NCBI GenBank assembly: GCA_963704725.1
Contig: OY969934.1
Location: forward strand, 640,001-704,000
DNA: 64,000 bases
Source of the DNA: an uncultured Actinomycetes bacterium
GTDB lineage: Bacteria > Actinomycetota > UBA4738 > HRBIN12
Direction: 5' to 3'
Program-made: the position numbers and the translations under genes
Notes under the pieces: generated by a model
What the model was told of the DNA's origin: nothing
The model's database searches: none
What the model saw: the letters and a program-made list of their open reading frames with translations, nothing else
Shown: positions 29,843-39,693 of the stretch, in pieces
Layout of the letters: each line of letters begins with the position of its first letter
Numbering within the stretch: the stretch's first letter is position 1

Positions 29843-31533
29843 CCGCCGTGGCGGCGACGCTCGCGGAGGCACTCGAGTCGGCCACGACCACGCCATCCGA
29901 GCTCGTGTTCCACCTCTCGGGGGGCGAGACGCGGGTCCCCGCGTCCGCGCTGTTGGAGCAGGCCCGGGCCGGCGCCACAGCCCTTGCGGAACGCGGGGTC
30001 GGCCGTGGCGACACGGTGGGCATCCTTGGCCCGAACGGGCCGCAGTGGGCGCGGTGGGCGTTCGCCGCATGGACGGCAGGGGCGACGGTCGTCCCGCTCC
30101 CGTACCACCTTCGGACCCGCGACTCGGAGGCCTTCCGCGAGCAGCTCGGGGTCCTGGTGCGAGCGGCGGGCTGCCGGGTGGCCCTGGCCGATCCCCGCTT
30201 CATCCCCTTCCTTCCTCCGGGCCTGGGCTTGGAGTGGGACGCCGAGCTCCCACGAGCCGTCCCCGCTCATGTGCGGGAGCCCCGTCCGGAGGACGTCGCG
30301 GTGATCCAGTTCACCTCGGGCAGCACGTCCATGCCGAAGGGCGCGACCCTGTCGCATCGCGCCGTCCTGGCGGGGGTGCGGAACTCCGCGGCAGGGCAGG
30401 GTCTCGACTCGGCCTCGTGCGTCCAACTCTCCTGGCTCCCCTTCTTCCACGACTGGGGGTTGTTCGGCTACCTCGTGTGGGCGGTGGTGTTGGGGACGCA
30501 GACGCACGTCCTGCCGACCGAGCGCTTCGCCCGGGACCCGTCGGAGTGGCTGCGCCTGGTCGGCAGGGTCGGAGCGACGCAGACCCCCGGCCCGACCTCG
30601 GCCTGGGACGCGGCGCTCCGCGTCGCGAGCCGCCGGCCCAGGGACATCGATCTGTCCACGCTCCGGGCGTGCACCATGGCGGCAGAGGCGATCGAGCCTC
30701 GGGTTCTGGACCGGCTGCTCGAGCAGGGGGCCCGGCTCGGCCTGCGCCCCGAGGCGCCCAACGGGGGCTACGGTATGGCCGAGTCCACGCTCGCCGTGAC
30801 CGTGGGTCGCGTGGACGAGCCCATCAAGGTCGACTCCGTGGATCGGCAGGAGCTCGTGTCGGCCGGCCGTGCCTCGCCGGGCGAGGGACCGGGCGCCAAA
30901 CGCGTCGTCTCCTGCGGTCCCCCGGTGCCGGGCGCGGAGGTGCGGATCGCGGGTGGGAACGGCCGGGCGCTCGAGCGCAGGGTTGGAGAGATCCTCCTTC
31001 GCGGACCGTCGCTCACGAACGGCTACCTCGGAGACGACCGTGGCCTCCCGTTCGTCGACGGCTGGCTGTGCACCGGCGACCTCGGCTATGTCTCCGACGG
31101 TGAGCTCTACGTCACGGGGAGGATCAAGGACATCGTCATCGTCATGGGCCACAACTACCCGGCCCAGGACCTCGAGTGGGCCGCCGAGCGGGTCGAGGGC
31201 GTCCGCGTCGGGCGGAGCATCGCGCTCGCCACCACCGAGACGGAGGGGGAGGCGGTCGTGATCGTTGAGCCGAGCGGGGCCGTCGACGTCGCCGGGCTTC
31301 CGCGGCGGGTGTGGCGGGCGGTCGCCGACGCCATCGGGGTCGTCCCACGCGAGGTCGTCGTGCTCGCGCCGGGGTCGGTTCCGATGACGACGAGCGGGAA
31401 GCTCCGCCGGAGCTGGGTTCGGGACTCCTACGTGGCGGGCGATCTCGATCCGCTCGTGCTGGCCCGGGGCCCGGCCTCCGCAGGCCCGGCCGAGGGTGTG
31501 GCGGCCGAGGTACCGGCCGAGGTGCAGGCGTGA
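29839..31533 (+). CDS. fatty acyl-AMP ligase (FAAL)-like adenylating enzyme
   Basis: 'QFTSGSTSMPKG', 'SWLPFFHDWGL', 'YGMAESTL', 'TGDLGY', 'TTSGKLRR'. Confidence 0.88.
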   Translation: MTAVAATLAEALESATTTPSELVFHLSGGETRVPASALLEQARAGATALAERGVGRGDTVGILGPNGPQWARWAFAAWTAGATVVPLPYHLRTRDSEAFREQLGVLVRAAGCRVALADPRFIPFLPPGLGLEWDAELPRAVPAHVREPRPEDVAVIQFTSGSTSMPKGATLSHRAVLAGVRNSAAGQGLDSASCVQLSWLPFFHDWGLFGYLVWAVVLGTQTHVLPTERFARDPSEWLRLVGRVGATQTPGPTSAWDAALRVASRRPRDIDLSTLRACTMAAEAIEPRVLDRLLEQGARLGLRPEAPNGGYGMAESTLAVTVGRVDEPIKVDSVDRQELVSAGRASPGEGPGAKRVVSCGPPVPGAEVRIAGGNGRALERRVGEILLRGPSLTNGYLGDDRGLPFVDGWLCTGDLGYVSDGELYVTGRIKDIVIVMGHNYPAQDLEWAAERVEGVRVGRSIALATTETEGEAVVIVEPSGAVDVAGLPRRVWRAVADAIGVVPREVVVLAPGSVPMTTSGKLRRSWVRDSYVAGDLDPLVLARGPASAGPAEGVAAEVPAEVQA

Positions 31534-31805
31534 AGGAGGCGATCGCCGCCTACATCGCCGAGGAGATCCTCGGAGACGAGACCCCAACGGACCTCACCCA
31601 CGACACGCCCCTCCTGTCCTCGGGCCTGCTGGACTCCCTGTCCGTTGAGCAGCTCCTCCTGTTCCTGGAGGACGAGATCGGGGTCCCCTTCGAGGAGGAC
31701 GACTACTCGGCCGAGAACTTCGAGACGATCGACGCGATCGATCGCCTCGTCCAGCGCAAGATGGGGTCGGCTGCTTCCGATAGGAGTGGTGGGAACCCCA
31801 CCTGA
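31530..31805 (+). CDS. acyl carrier protein
   Basis: acidic ~90 aa, phosphopantetheine site 'GLLDSL', 'ENFETIDAI'. Confidence 0.88.
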   Translation: MKEAIAAYIAEEILGDETPTDLTHDTPLLSSGLLDSLSVEQLLLFLEDEIGVPFEEDDYSAENFETIDAIDRLVQRKMGSAASDRSGGNPT

Positions 31806-31850
31806 GCACCTCGCGTCCAAGCGGAGCCACCGACTCCGTGAGGTGATCTC

Positions 31851-32567
31851 GTGAAACCGAACGCGAAGTGGGGTGCCGCCGGACTGATCCTCGGGCTCGC
31901 GATCGCACTGACGCTCCCGACGATCGCCCAGGAGTCACCCAGCCCCGAGACGGGGAGCTCCGACAGGACCGTCGCGACCAACGGCGCCGCCATCATCCGG
32001 TCCGCCCCCGACGAGGCGCTCGTCTACCTCGGCGTGACCACGGAAGCCTCCACCGCCGAACAGGCGATGGACCAGAACGCCGCGAAGATGAACGACGTGA
32101 TCGACGCCCTCCTGGCGGCGGGCCTCGATCGCGCCGACCTCGCGACCTCCTCGATCAACCTGTACCCCCGCTGGGACGACTCGGGGCAGCACGTGAACGG
32201 GTTCACGGCGGACAACCAGGTGACCGCGACCGTGCGCGACATGGGCAGGGTCGGCACGATCGTCGACCGGGCCGTCTCGGCCGGCGCCAACCTGGTGAAC
32301 GGCATCACGTTCCAGCTCTCGGAGGGGAGCGAGGCGACCGATCAGGCGTTGACGGAGGCCGTCGCCGACGCCAAGCGAAAGGCCGAGGCCCTGGCCGCGG
32401 CGGGCGGTGCCGAGCTCGGGGTCGTCGTGAGCATCACCGAGCAGTCGTCGTCGATCTCCCCGCCGGTCGTCTATGCCCGCGATGCGATGGCCACCTCCGC
32501 CACGCCGGTGCTGCCTCCGACGCTCGAGTCGGGCGTGAGCGTCAGCGTCGTCTGGTCGCTGGCCTGA
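31851..32567 (+). CDS. SIMPL (DUF541) domain protein
   Basis: signal peptide, 'APDEA', 'GANLVNGITF', 'AVADAKRKAEALA'. Confidence 0.85.
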   Translation: MKPNAKWGAAGLILGLAIALTLPTIAQESPSPETGSSDRTVATNGAAIIRSAPDEALVYLGVTTEASTAEQAMDQNAAKMNDVIDALLAAGLDRADLATSSINLYPRWDDSGQHVNGFTADNQVTATVRDMGRVGTIVDRAVSAGANLVNGITFQLSEGSEATDQALTEAVADAKRKAEALAAAGGAELGVVVSITEQSSSISPPVVYARDAMATSATPVLPPTLESGVSVSVVWSLA

Positions 32568-32568
32568 G

Positions 32569-34188
32569 TCAGGCGCCAGGGCGATAGCGGTTGGTGATCG
32601 GCATCCGCCGGTCGCGGCCGAACGCCTTCGGCGTGATCTTGATCCCCGGGGCGGCCTGCCGCCGCTTGTACTCCGCGAGGTCGACCAGCGCGACCACGCG
32701 CCGGACGATGTCGGCGTCGGCACCTCGCGCGACGAGCTCCTCCGGGGAGCGATCGTCCTCGACGTACGCCTCCACGATCGGGTCGAGGACGTCGTAGGGC
32801 GGCAGGGAGTCGGTGTCCTTCTGATCGGGACGGAGCTCCGCGGACGGCGCCTTGGAGACCACGCGCTCGGGGATCGGCTCCACCGGCTCGCGGGCGTTGC
32901 GCCACCGGACGAGCTCGTACACGAGCGTCTTGGGGACGTCCTTGATCGGCGCGAAGCCGCCGGCCATGTCTCCGTACAGCGTGGCGTAGCCGACGGCGTA
33001 CTCGCTCTTGTTGCCGGTGGCCAGCACGAGCGAGCCGAACCGGTTCGACATCGCCATCAGGATGTTGCCGCGGATCCGCGCCTGCATGTTCTCCTCGGCG
33101 ATCCCCGGCTCGGTGCCGCGGAACGGCGGCTCGAGAGCGTGCAGGAGCGCCTCGAAGGGCTCGTCGATGGGGACGGTGTCGAGCTCGATCCCCAGCCGCC
33201 GGGCGACTTCTGCCGCGTCCTCGAGGCTCTCCGGCGACGTGTAGCGCGAGGGCATCGTGAGCGCGCGAACGGCGTGCGAGCCGAGCGCGTCCACGGCCAG
33301 GACGGCGACGAGGGCCGAGTCCACCCCCCCGGACAGGCCAAGCACCACCTCGCGGAACCCGTTCTTGCGGACGTAGTCCTGCAGGCCGAGGACGAGCGCC
33401 CGGTACACCTCCTCCGGCTCCCGGGGCGGCGGTGGGCGCTCCTGGCCGGAGGACAGGTCGCCGTCGATGTCCACGATCAACAGGTCCTCGTCGAACGAGC
33501 GCGCGCGGTGGCGCAGGGTTCCGTCGGGCGCGACCACGATGCTGGCGCCGTCGAACACCAGCTCGTCCTGCCCCCCCACGGCGTTGACGTAGACGATCCA
33601 CGCCCCCGTCTCGAGCGCGCGGTCCCGGCAGATCTCGACCCGCTCCTCGGACTTCCCCCGGTGGTAGGGCGAGCCGTTGATGTTCAGGATCACCGGCGTG
33701 CGGCGCTCGGCGTATGCGTCGAACGGTGGCCCCGGCGTCCACGCGTCCTCGCAGATCGACAGGCCGAGCTCGGAGCCCGCGAGCCGGACGGGGCACTCGG
33801 TCTCGCCGGGCACGAAGGTCCGCCGTTCGTCGAACACGCCGTAGTTGGGCAGCTTCACCTTGTGGTATCGAGCGACGACGTCGCCGCCCGCCACGAGCGC
33901 GGCGGCGTTGTGGATCCCGAGATCGGATCGATCCACGAACCCCGTCAGGACGGAGCACCCCCCGGCGGTCTGCTGCGCCAGGCGCGAGAGCGCCTCCAGG
34001 TTGTCCTGCACGAAGGACGGGCGCAGCACGAGGTCCTCCGGCGGGTACCCCGTGATCGCGAGCTCCGGGAAGACGATCACGTCGGCGTCGGCCTCCGTCG
34101 CCCGCGCCGCCCACGCCGCCATCAGCTCCACGTTGCCGTCGAGGTCGCCGACGGTGGGATCGATCTGACCGAGCGCGACGCGCACCAT
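32569..34188 (-). CDS. nadE: glutamine-dependent NAD+ synthetase
   Basis: nitrilase domain ('FPEL', 'LPNYGVFDE', 'ICED') plus 'GLSGGVDS', 'TGNKSE', 'PSAEL'. Confidence 0.95.
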   Translation of the reverse strand: MVRVALGQIDPTVGDLDGNVELMAAWAARATEADADVIVFPELAITGYPPEDLVLRPSFVQDNLEALSRLAQQTAGGCSVLTGFVDRSDLGIHNAAALVAGGDVVARYHKVKLPNYGVFDERRTFVPGETECPVRLAGSELGLSICEDAWTPGPPFDAYAERRTPVILNINGSPYHRGKSEERVEICRDRALETGAWIVYVNAVGGQDELVFDGASIVVAPDGTLRHRARSFDEDLLIVDIDGDLSSGQERPPPPREPEEVYRALVLGLQDYVRKNGFREVVLGLSGGVDSALVAVLAVDALGSHAVRALTMPSRYTSPESLEDAAEVARRLGIELDTVPIDEPFEALLHALEPPFRGTEPGIAEENMQARIRGNILMAMSNRFGSLVLATGNKSEYAVGYATLYGDMAGGFAPIKDVPKTLVYELVRWRNAREPVEPIPERVVSKAPSAELRPDQKDTDSLPPYDVLDPIVEAYVEDDRSPEELVARGADADIVRRVVALVDLAEYKRRQAAPGIKITPKAFGRDRRMPITNRYRPGA

Positions 34189-34229
34189 CGGCGCTCAGCC
34201 TACCGGTGCGCGGCGCCGGGACGCCGAAC

Positions 34230-34255
34230 GGCCCGGGGCGCAAGGGCCCCGGGCC
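34230..34255. terminator. GC-rich hairpin downstream of the phoX-like gene
   Basis: GGCCCGGGGC-N6-GCCCCGGGCC; no U-tract. Confidence 0.5.
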
Positions 34256-34283
34256 GCGGCCTTGTCCCACGATGGTGGTCGGT

Positions 34284-35762
34284 CTACTTCCTCCAGCCGG
34301 TGATCTCGAACACGACCCCGAAGCCGGTGACGTTGTGCTGCGCGCTGACGAAGAACCGCTGCCCGGTGGCGTCGAAGACGCCGCCGGTCCACTCGGCGTT
34401 CAGATCGTTCTCCGTTGCGAACTTGATGCACCCGTCGGATTGCTGATCGGCGTCGGCCCCGTCCGGCAGGCAGGCGAACATGTCGTTGTTCTTCGGGGGT
34501 GTGAGCTCGGCTCCGTCCCCGTCCTCGAGGATGATCCAGTTGCCCCGTCCGGGCTGGTACGCGACGTTGTCCATCATCGCGAAGTCCGGCGTCCCGACCA
34601 CGAAGGGTTGGACCTCGGGCGCCACCGCGGGTGTGGCCGAACCGCCGTTCGAGACGGCGTCGGCGAGCGAGCCGTCGGTCACGCAGATCGTCTCGCCCCA
34701 CAGGTGGTCGCCCGTCTCGTTGCCCGTGTTGTTGGCGCACCACCGGACCTGCCCGTTCGCCAGGGCGGCCCCGTCGACGTCGATGTCCTCGGGCCGGTAG
34801 TACCCCGTCAGGCGGGTGTCGCCGGTGGTCGAGAGGGCGCGGAGGTCGAGCTCGGTGTCCGCGGCGCCCATGGCGATCCAGATCCCCATGCCGTAGTTGG
34901 TGCCCTGACCCCAGTCGGTGTTCCCGGACCGACGTCCCAGGCGGAGCCCGTAGACCGTCCCATGGGCCAGGGGCGACTGGGCGAGCTGCTCGGCCGGGGT
35001 GGCGCCTTCGAGGGAGGACGGGCACGAGGACGTCGTCGCGCAGGTCGGCACGAACTTGAAGTACGCGCCACCGATGTTGCCGCCGCCCGGGCGATCCTCG
35101 CCGCCGTAGTAGACGGGACCGTCGTCGTAGATCCCCAATCCCTCGTAGGAGAGGCGGCCGAGGAAGGGACGCACGGCGAACAGGTCCGCTCCCGCGCCGC
35201 CGCCGAACGTCCCGGTCGCCCGGTCAAGGACGACGTCCGTGGCCGCGAGCGGGTCGAGCAGCTCGTACACTCGGCCGCCGGCCGCGCCGCCCCCCGCCTC
35301 CTCGGCGAACACCAGCGTGCCCCACGGGGTCCGCCGGGTGGGGTCGCATCCAGAGGTCCCCGTGAGGATGGTCTCGACGGCGCCGGTCGCGATGTTGATC
35401 CGCTGGAGCCCCGGATCGGAGGTGCCCTGCTCGTTGCAGGCGATCAGCCACTGCGGGTCGGTGTCGTTCGGCCACAGCGTGATCATGTCGATGTTCGTCG
35501 CCGCGACGCCGCTCGTCACGACGCGGACGCGAAGGCCCTTGGCGACGGTGACGAGCGCGGCCGGGTCGGCGTTCGCGGTGGCGGCGTCGATCGACGCGGT
35601 CGACGAGGCGCCGAGCGGACCCGCCACGCCGAAGAGCGCCGTGGACTGCGCGCGCAGCGTGTTGTCGCGCTGGACCCCGAAGTCGATCGCGGCGAGCGCG
35701 CCGCCGGCGACCCCGAGCGCGATGGCCGCGAGCGCCGCGACGACGATGGTCACCTTCTTCAT
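34284..35762 (-). CDS. PhoX/DUF839-like secreted beta-propeller phosphatase
   Basis: 'TPWGTLVFAEE', 'GRLSYEG', 'RPEDI', 'DNVAY', 'LEDG', 'EWTG', 'QH'; AGGAGG 6 nt before ATG 35762. Confidence 0.7.
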   Translation of the reverse strand: MKKVTIVVAALAAIALGVAGGALAAIDFGVQRDNTLRAQSTALFGVAGPLGASSTASIDAATANADPAALVTVAKGLRVRVVTSGVAATNIDMITLWPNDTDPQWLIACNEQGTSDPGLQRINIATGAVETILTGTSGCDPTRRTPWGTLVFAEEAGGGAAGGRVYELLDPLAATDVVLDRATGTFGGGAGADLFAVRPFLGRLSYEGLGIYDDGPVYYGGEDRPGGGNIGGAYFKFVPTCATTSSCPSSLEGATPAEQLAQSPLAHGTVYGLRLGRRSGNTDWGQGTNYGMGIWIAMGAADTELDLRALSTTGDTRLTGYYRPEDIDVDGAALANGQVRWCANNTGNETGDHLWGETICVTDGSLADAVSNGGSATPAVAPEVQPFVVGTPDFAMMDNVAYQPGRGNWIILEDGDGAELTPPKNNDMFACLPDGADADQQSDGCIKFATENDLNAEWTGGVFDATGQRFFVSAQHNVTGFGVVFEITGWRK

Positions 35763-35832
35763 CCGCACCCTCCTTTCCCTCCGACGCGACGCCCCGTGGA
35801 GGCGTCGCTGGGTGCGGCCGCAGTTCTAGGGG

Positions 35833-35878
35833 GTGAACGTGTCCGGAACGCGGATGAGGATGTGGCCGTCGCGTGAAG
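35833..35878 (-). promoter_or_regulatory. putative PHO-box-like direct repeats upstream of phoX
   Basis: minus strand CTTCAC/GGCCAC and GTTCCG/GTTCAC pairs, each 11 bp apart, like the actinobacterial PhoP GTTCAC repeats. Confidence 0.35.
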
Positions 35879-35891
35879 GCTCTGGCCGGGG

Positions 35892-36374
35892 CTACTCGAT
35901 GCCGCCGATGTCCAGGTTGTAGGCCTCCCACACGAGATCGGCGCCGAGCTGCCGATGCCGCACGAGGCGCCCCAGGAGGCGCTGGAGGTCGTCGCGGGCG
36001 TCGGCGACCGGCCAGGCGTCGCCGACCGGAGCCGTCTCGAACCGAGCGATCAGGTCCTCGGCGGCCTGGCGCATCTCGGGGTGTTCCTCGCGGAGGAGCT
36101 GGATCTTCCCGGCAAGGCGCGGCGCCTTCGCGCTGATCTCGTCGTACAGGCCCTCGGTCCGCTCCGTGACCTCGATGTGCTCCCCGATCGCGTGATCGAG
36201 GTCCTGGAGGCTCCGGACCACGTCCTTGGACCAGTCGGGCTCGCGACCCACCGCGGGACGGGAGATCGCCCGCTCCACGGCGACCAGCGCGGTGTGCAGA
36301 TCGGCACGGCGGCGGGCGGTCTCGGCGAGCGTGGGTGACATCTCGGTCTGCGCCAGCTCGTCGTGCTCGGTCAT
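35892..36374 (-). CDS. hemerythrin-like domain protein
   Basis: helical, 'EHIEVTE', 'LREEH', 'RHRQ'. Confidence 0.6.
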   Translation of the reverse strand: MTEHDELAQTEMSPTLAETARRRADLHTALVAVERAISRPAVGREPDWSKDVVRSLQDLDHAIGEHIEVTERTEGLYDEISAKAPRLAGKIQLLREEHPEMRQAAEDLIARFETAPVGDAWPVADARDDLQRLLGRLVRHRQLGADLVWEAYNLDIGGIE

Positions 36375-36438
36375 GGGGCCTCCTCGTACGCGGCTCGCCG
36401 AAGCTCGAAGGGTATCCCAAGCGCGGCCCGAGTGCGGA

Positions 36439-39400
36439 TCAGCTCACCGGCGCGAGCTCGGCCAGCCGTCGCCGCGCGAGATCGGCGGACACGGTGTTGC
36501 CCTTCGAAGCGAACGACGCCTCGGCGTCGCGCAGCGCGGTGCGCGCCGCCTCCAGCTTCCCTGCCGCCTGGCACACCTCGCTGAGATCCATCAGCGCGTT
36601 CCCCACGTCCTGCGTGTTGTCGGTTCCCTCGATGAGACGGACCGCCTCCCGGGCAAGGGTCTCGGCTTCCTCCAGTCGTCCTCGCCGCGCAAGCACCTTG
36701 CCCCGCACCGAGCGCCACGCGGACTGGGAAGCGACGTCTTGATCGGCGGCGATCGACTCACTCTCGATCGTGAGGGTCTCGGCCTCGTCGTCCCGGCCCT
36801 GCCGGTACAGGGCCTCGGCCAGCAGGGCGGCCGTGGTGGGGAGGTAGTCGCGCTCGCCCATCGCCCGCAGCACCTCCAGGTCGCGGCGCAGCTCGGCCTC
36901 CGCGGCGAGCGGGTCGCCGGCGAGCATCTCGATCGCGCCCGAGTCGATCGAGGTGAGCGCGGCGTGGAATCGCCACCCGAGCTCCTCGAGCATCGCTCGG
37001 CTCGTGCGATACCCCTCCCTGGCCTCGTCGAATCGACCCTGCATCGCGGTGAGGTGGGCGAGCACGCACAGGAGGATCGCCTCGGTCCGGCGATCGGTAC
37101 GGGCCTTGGCGAGGAGCTCTCGGCAGCGCGCCTCCGCCGTGTCGACGGGCGTCGGGCCGTACAGGACGCAGGATCCGATCGACGGCAGGAAGCGCGCCTC
37201 CAGCGTGGGATCGCCGGCTCGGCGGGCGTGCTCGATCATCCGGTCGGCCGCCTGCTCGGCCGCCCCGTAGTGCCCCCTCGTGAAATTGAGCTGCAGCAGC
37301 AGGCGCCACGCGCGGGCCAGGCCCTCGTCGTCGCCGAGCACCTCGAGCAGTGGGATCGCGCGCTCCACCTCCTCGAGCACGATCGCCTCGGTCGCCTCGG
37401 GGTCCGACGTGAACCGGAGGCGGAGGTGCGACAGGCGCGCACGCATCTCGACACGCCGGTCGCCGAGACCCGCCGCGAGCCGGGTCGCGTCCGAGAGCGC
37501 GGTCTCGGCGGCCGCGAACTCGCCGAGCTCGATGAGCGCGTCACCGGCCAGCAGGCCGAGGCCGGGGCGCTCCGGATCGTCCGAGGACCGCAACCAGGTG
37601 GCGCGCTGCAGGAGCGCCGCCGCCGCCGGCATGTCCCCCCGAGCGAGGGCCCGCCGCCCCGCCGACGCCAGGTACCGGGAGCCGCGGTCGCCGAGCTCGC
37701 GGACGTGCGCGTCCACGGGGCCGAGCTGGACGAGGATCACGTACGCGGCCTCGAGGTGGTAGCCGCGGATCTCCTCGTACTCGGTGGCGCGCTCGGCGGC
37801 GACCCGCTCCAGCCAGTCGACGAACCGCTCGTGCAGCTCAGCCCGGGTGCGCTTGAGCAGGCCGTGATACGCCGCGTCGCGGATCAGGATGTGGACGAAC
37901 CGGTGCGCCTCGTGACCGGCCAGCCGCGTGGTGGCGTCGGGGCGGACGAGATCCTTGCCGGCGAGCGACTCGAGGCTCGCCTCGACGGTCGGGGCGAGGC
38001 CCTCCGGCACGAGCTCCTCGACGGCGGCGCGGAAGAAGACCTGCCCGATCACGGATCCGCGCTCGAGCGCGGGGCGCTCGGCGGGGCTCAGGCGGTCGAG
38101 CCGGGCCGCCAGCAGGGCCGAGATCGTGGGCGGGATCGCCACGTCGCCGAGGTCCGACGTCGCCACCCACGAGCCGCCGCCGTCCTGTTGGCGCAGGACG
38201 CCGTCGTCGATCATCATCGAGAGCATCTGCTCGACGAACAGCGGGTTGCCCTCTGCCGCGGCCGTGATGCGGGAGCGCACCGACTGGTCCAGAGAGGAAC
38301 CGAGCAGGTTCTCGAGCACGAGCGAGCTCTCGGCCTCGGTGAGCGGCTCGAGCGTCACGGCCCGCACGTCGTCGGTCTCCTCACCCCACTCGGGGTGCTC
38401 CTCCAGCAGCTCCTTGCGCGAGGAGCACACGAGCAGGATCGGCGCCTCGGCCGCGTCGGCCAGGTAGCGAAGGAGATCGAGGAACGTCCCCTCGGCCCAG
38501 TGGATGTCGTCGACCATCACGACGAGCGGCCGCTCGAACGCCAGCGCCTCGAGCAGCGTCCGCGCGGCCGCGAACAGCTCGGCCACGGGGAACGCGGCGT
38601 CGTTCAGACCGATCGCGGCTCCCAGGCGTTCGGCCACGGGGCCGTTCCCGGCCAGGGTGGCGAGCTTGGCCACCGCGACCTCGCGCGGGTCGTCCTCGTC
38701 GATCGCTGCGGCGTCGCGGATCACCTCGGCCAGCGGCCAGAACGTGATGCCGTCCCCGTACGGGAGACACCGTCCGTGAAGGGGCCGGACCGTTCCGTCC
38801 GCCCGGGCTAGCAGCTCGCGCAGGAGCCGGGACTTGCCGACCCCCGCCGGGCCCAGGACCGTGACGACCTGCGCGCGGCGCAGCTCGATCGCGCGGTCCA
38901 GCGCCTGGGTGAGGACGGCGAGCTCGTGCTCTCGGCCGACCATCGGCGCGTCGAGCCGGCGGGCGACCCCTTCGTCCAGGCGCACCGAGAGGATGCGATA
39001 GGCGGCGACTCGCTCCGCCTTCCCCTTGAGCTCGAGCGGCTCGACGGCCTCGGCCTCGACGGCGTCGCGGACGAGTCGGTAGGTCGGCTCGCCGATCAGG
39101 ACCTCGTTCGTGGGCGCCGCCTGCTCGAGCCGGGCCGCCGTGTTGACGGTGTCGCCCGTGACGAGCCGCTGTCCCGACGACACATCGCCGGCGACGACCT
39201 CTCCGGTGTTCACGCCGGTGCGGTTCTCCAGATGCACCCCCCACCGCGATCCGAGGCGCTCGTTGAGCGCGACGAGCGCCTGCTGCATCTCGACGGCGGC
39301 CCGGACGGCGCGCAGCGCATCGTCCTCGTGCAGCCGGGGGAGACCGAAGACGGCCATGATCGCGTCCCCGATGTACTTCTCGACGCTGCCGCCGTGACGG

Positions 39401-39627
39401 ACGAGGACGCCGCGCATCTCGTTGAAGTACTCGTTCAGCACCTCGCGAAGCGACTCGGTGTCGAGCGCCTCGCCCAGGCTGGTCGAGCCCTTCAGGTCGC
39501 AGAACACGATCGAGACGGTCTTGCGGACCTCCTGTGCCACGGTCTCCGGGACGAGCTGCGCCCCGCAGAACCCGCAGAGACGGAAGCGATCGGGGTTCTC
39601 CTCGCCGCACGCGGGGCACAGCTGCAT
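36439..39627 (-). CDS. class III adenylate/guanylate cyclase fused to AAA/STAND ATPase and TPR region
   Basis: zinc ribbon CxxC..CxxC, 'FCDLKGST', 'KYIGDA', 'GDTVNTAARLE', Walker A 'GPAGVGKS', 'GNPLF'. Confidence 0.9.
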   Translation of the reverse strand: MQLCPACGEENPDRFRLCGFCGAQLVPETVAQEVRKTVSIVFCDLKGSTSLGEALDTESLREVLNEYFNEMRGVLVRHGGSVEKYIGDAIMAVFGLPRLHEDDALRAVRAAVEMQQALVALNERLGSRWGVHLENRTGVNTGEVVAGDVSSGQRLVTGDTVNTAARLEQAAPTNEVLIGEPTYRLVRDAVEAEAVEPLELKGKAERVAAYRILSVRLDEGVARRLDAPMVGREHELAVLTQALDRAIELRRAQVVTVLGPAGVGKSRLLRELLARADGTVRPLHGRCLPYGDGITFWPLAEVIRDAAAIDEDDPREVAVAKLATLAGNGPVAERLGAAIGLNDAAFPVAELFAAARTLLEALAFERPLVVMVDDIHWAEGTFLDLLRYLADAAEAPILLVCSSRKELLEEHPEWGEETDDVRAVTLEPLTEAESSLVLENLLGSSLDQSVRSRITAAAEGNPLFVEQMLSMMIDDGVLRQQDGGGSWVATSDLGDVAIPPTISALLAARLDRLSPAERPALERGSVIGQVFFRAAVEELVPEGLAPTVEASLESLAGKDLVRPDATTRLAGHEAHRFVHILIRDAAYHGLLKRTRAELHERFVDWLERVAAERATEYEEIRGYHLEAAYVILVQLGPVDAHVRELGDRGSRYLASAGRRALARGDMPAAAALLQRATWLRSSDDPERPGLGLLAGDALIELGEFAAAETALSDATRLAAGLGDRRVEMRARLSHLRLRFTSDPEATEAIVLEEVERAIPLLEVLGDDEGLARAWRLLLQLNFTRGHYGAAEQAADRMIEHARRAGDPTLEARFLPSIGSCVLYGPTPVDTAEARCRELLAKARTDRRTEAILLCVLAHLTAMQGRFDEAREGYRTSRAMLEELGWRFHAALTSIDSGAIEMLAGDPLAAEAELRRDLEVLRAMGERDYLPTTAALLAEALYRQGRDDEAETLTIESESIAADQDVASQSAWRSVRGKVLARRGRLEEAETLAREAVRLIEGTDNTQDVGNALMDLSEVCQAAGKLEAARTALRDAEASFASKGNTVSADLARRRLAELAPVS

Positions 39628-39693
39628 GGGGCGGAGTGTACGCCGGGGGTGCGGGCGGTTCGATGCGTTCCCGCAGGTCGCGGAGCCGAACGA

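Noticed and set aside
25025-31805. tRNA-anchored genomic island or prophage
   Set aside because: No integrase or tRNA 3' direct repeat seen, and the acyl cluster lies on the 5' side of tRNA-Lys.
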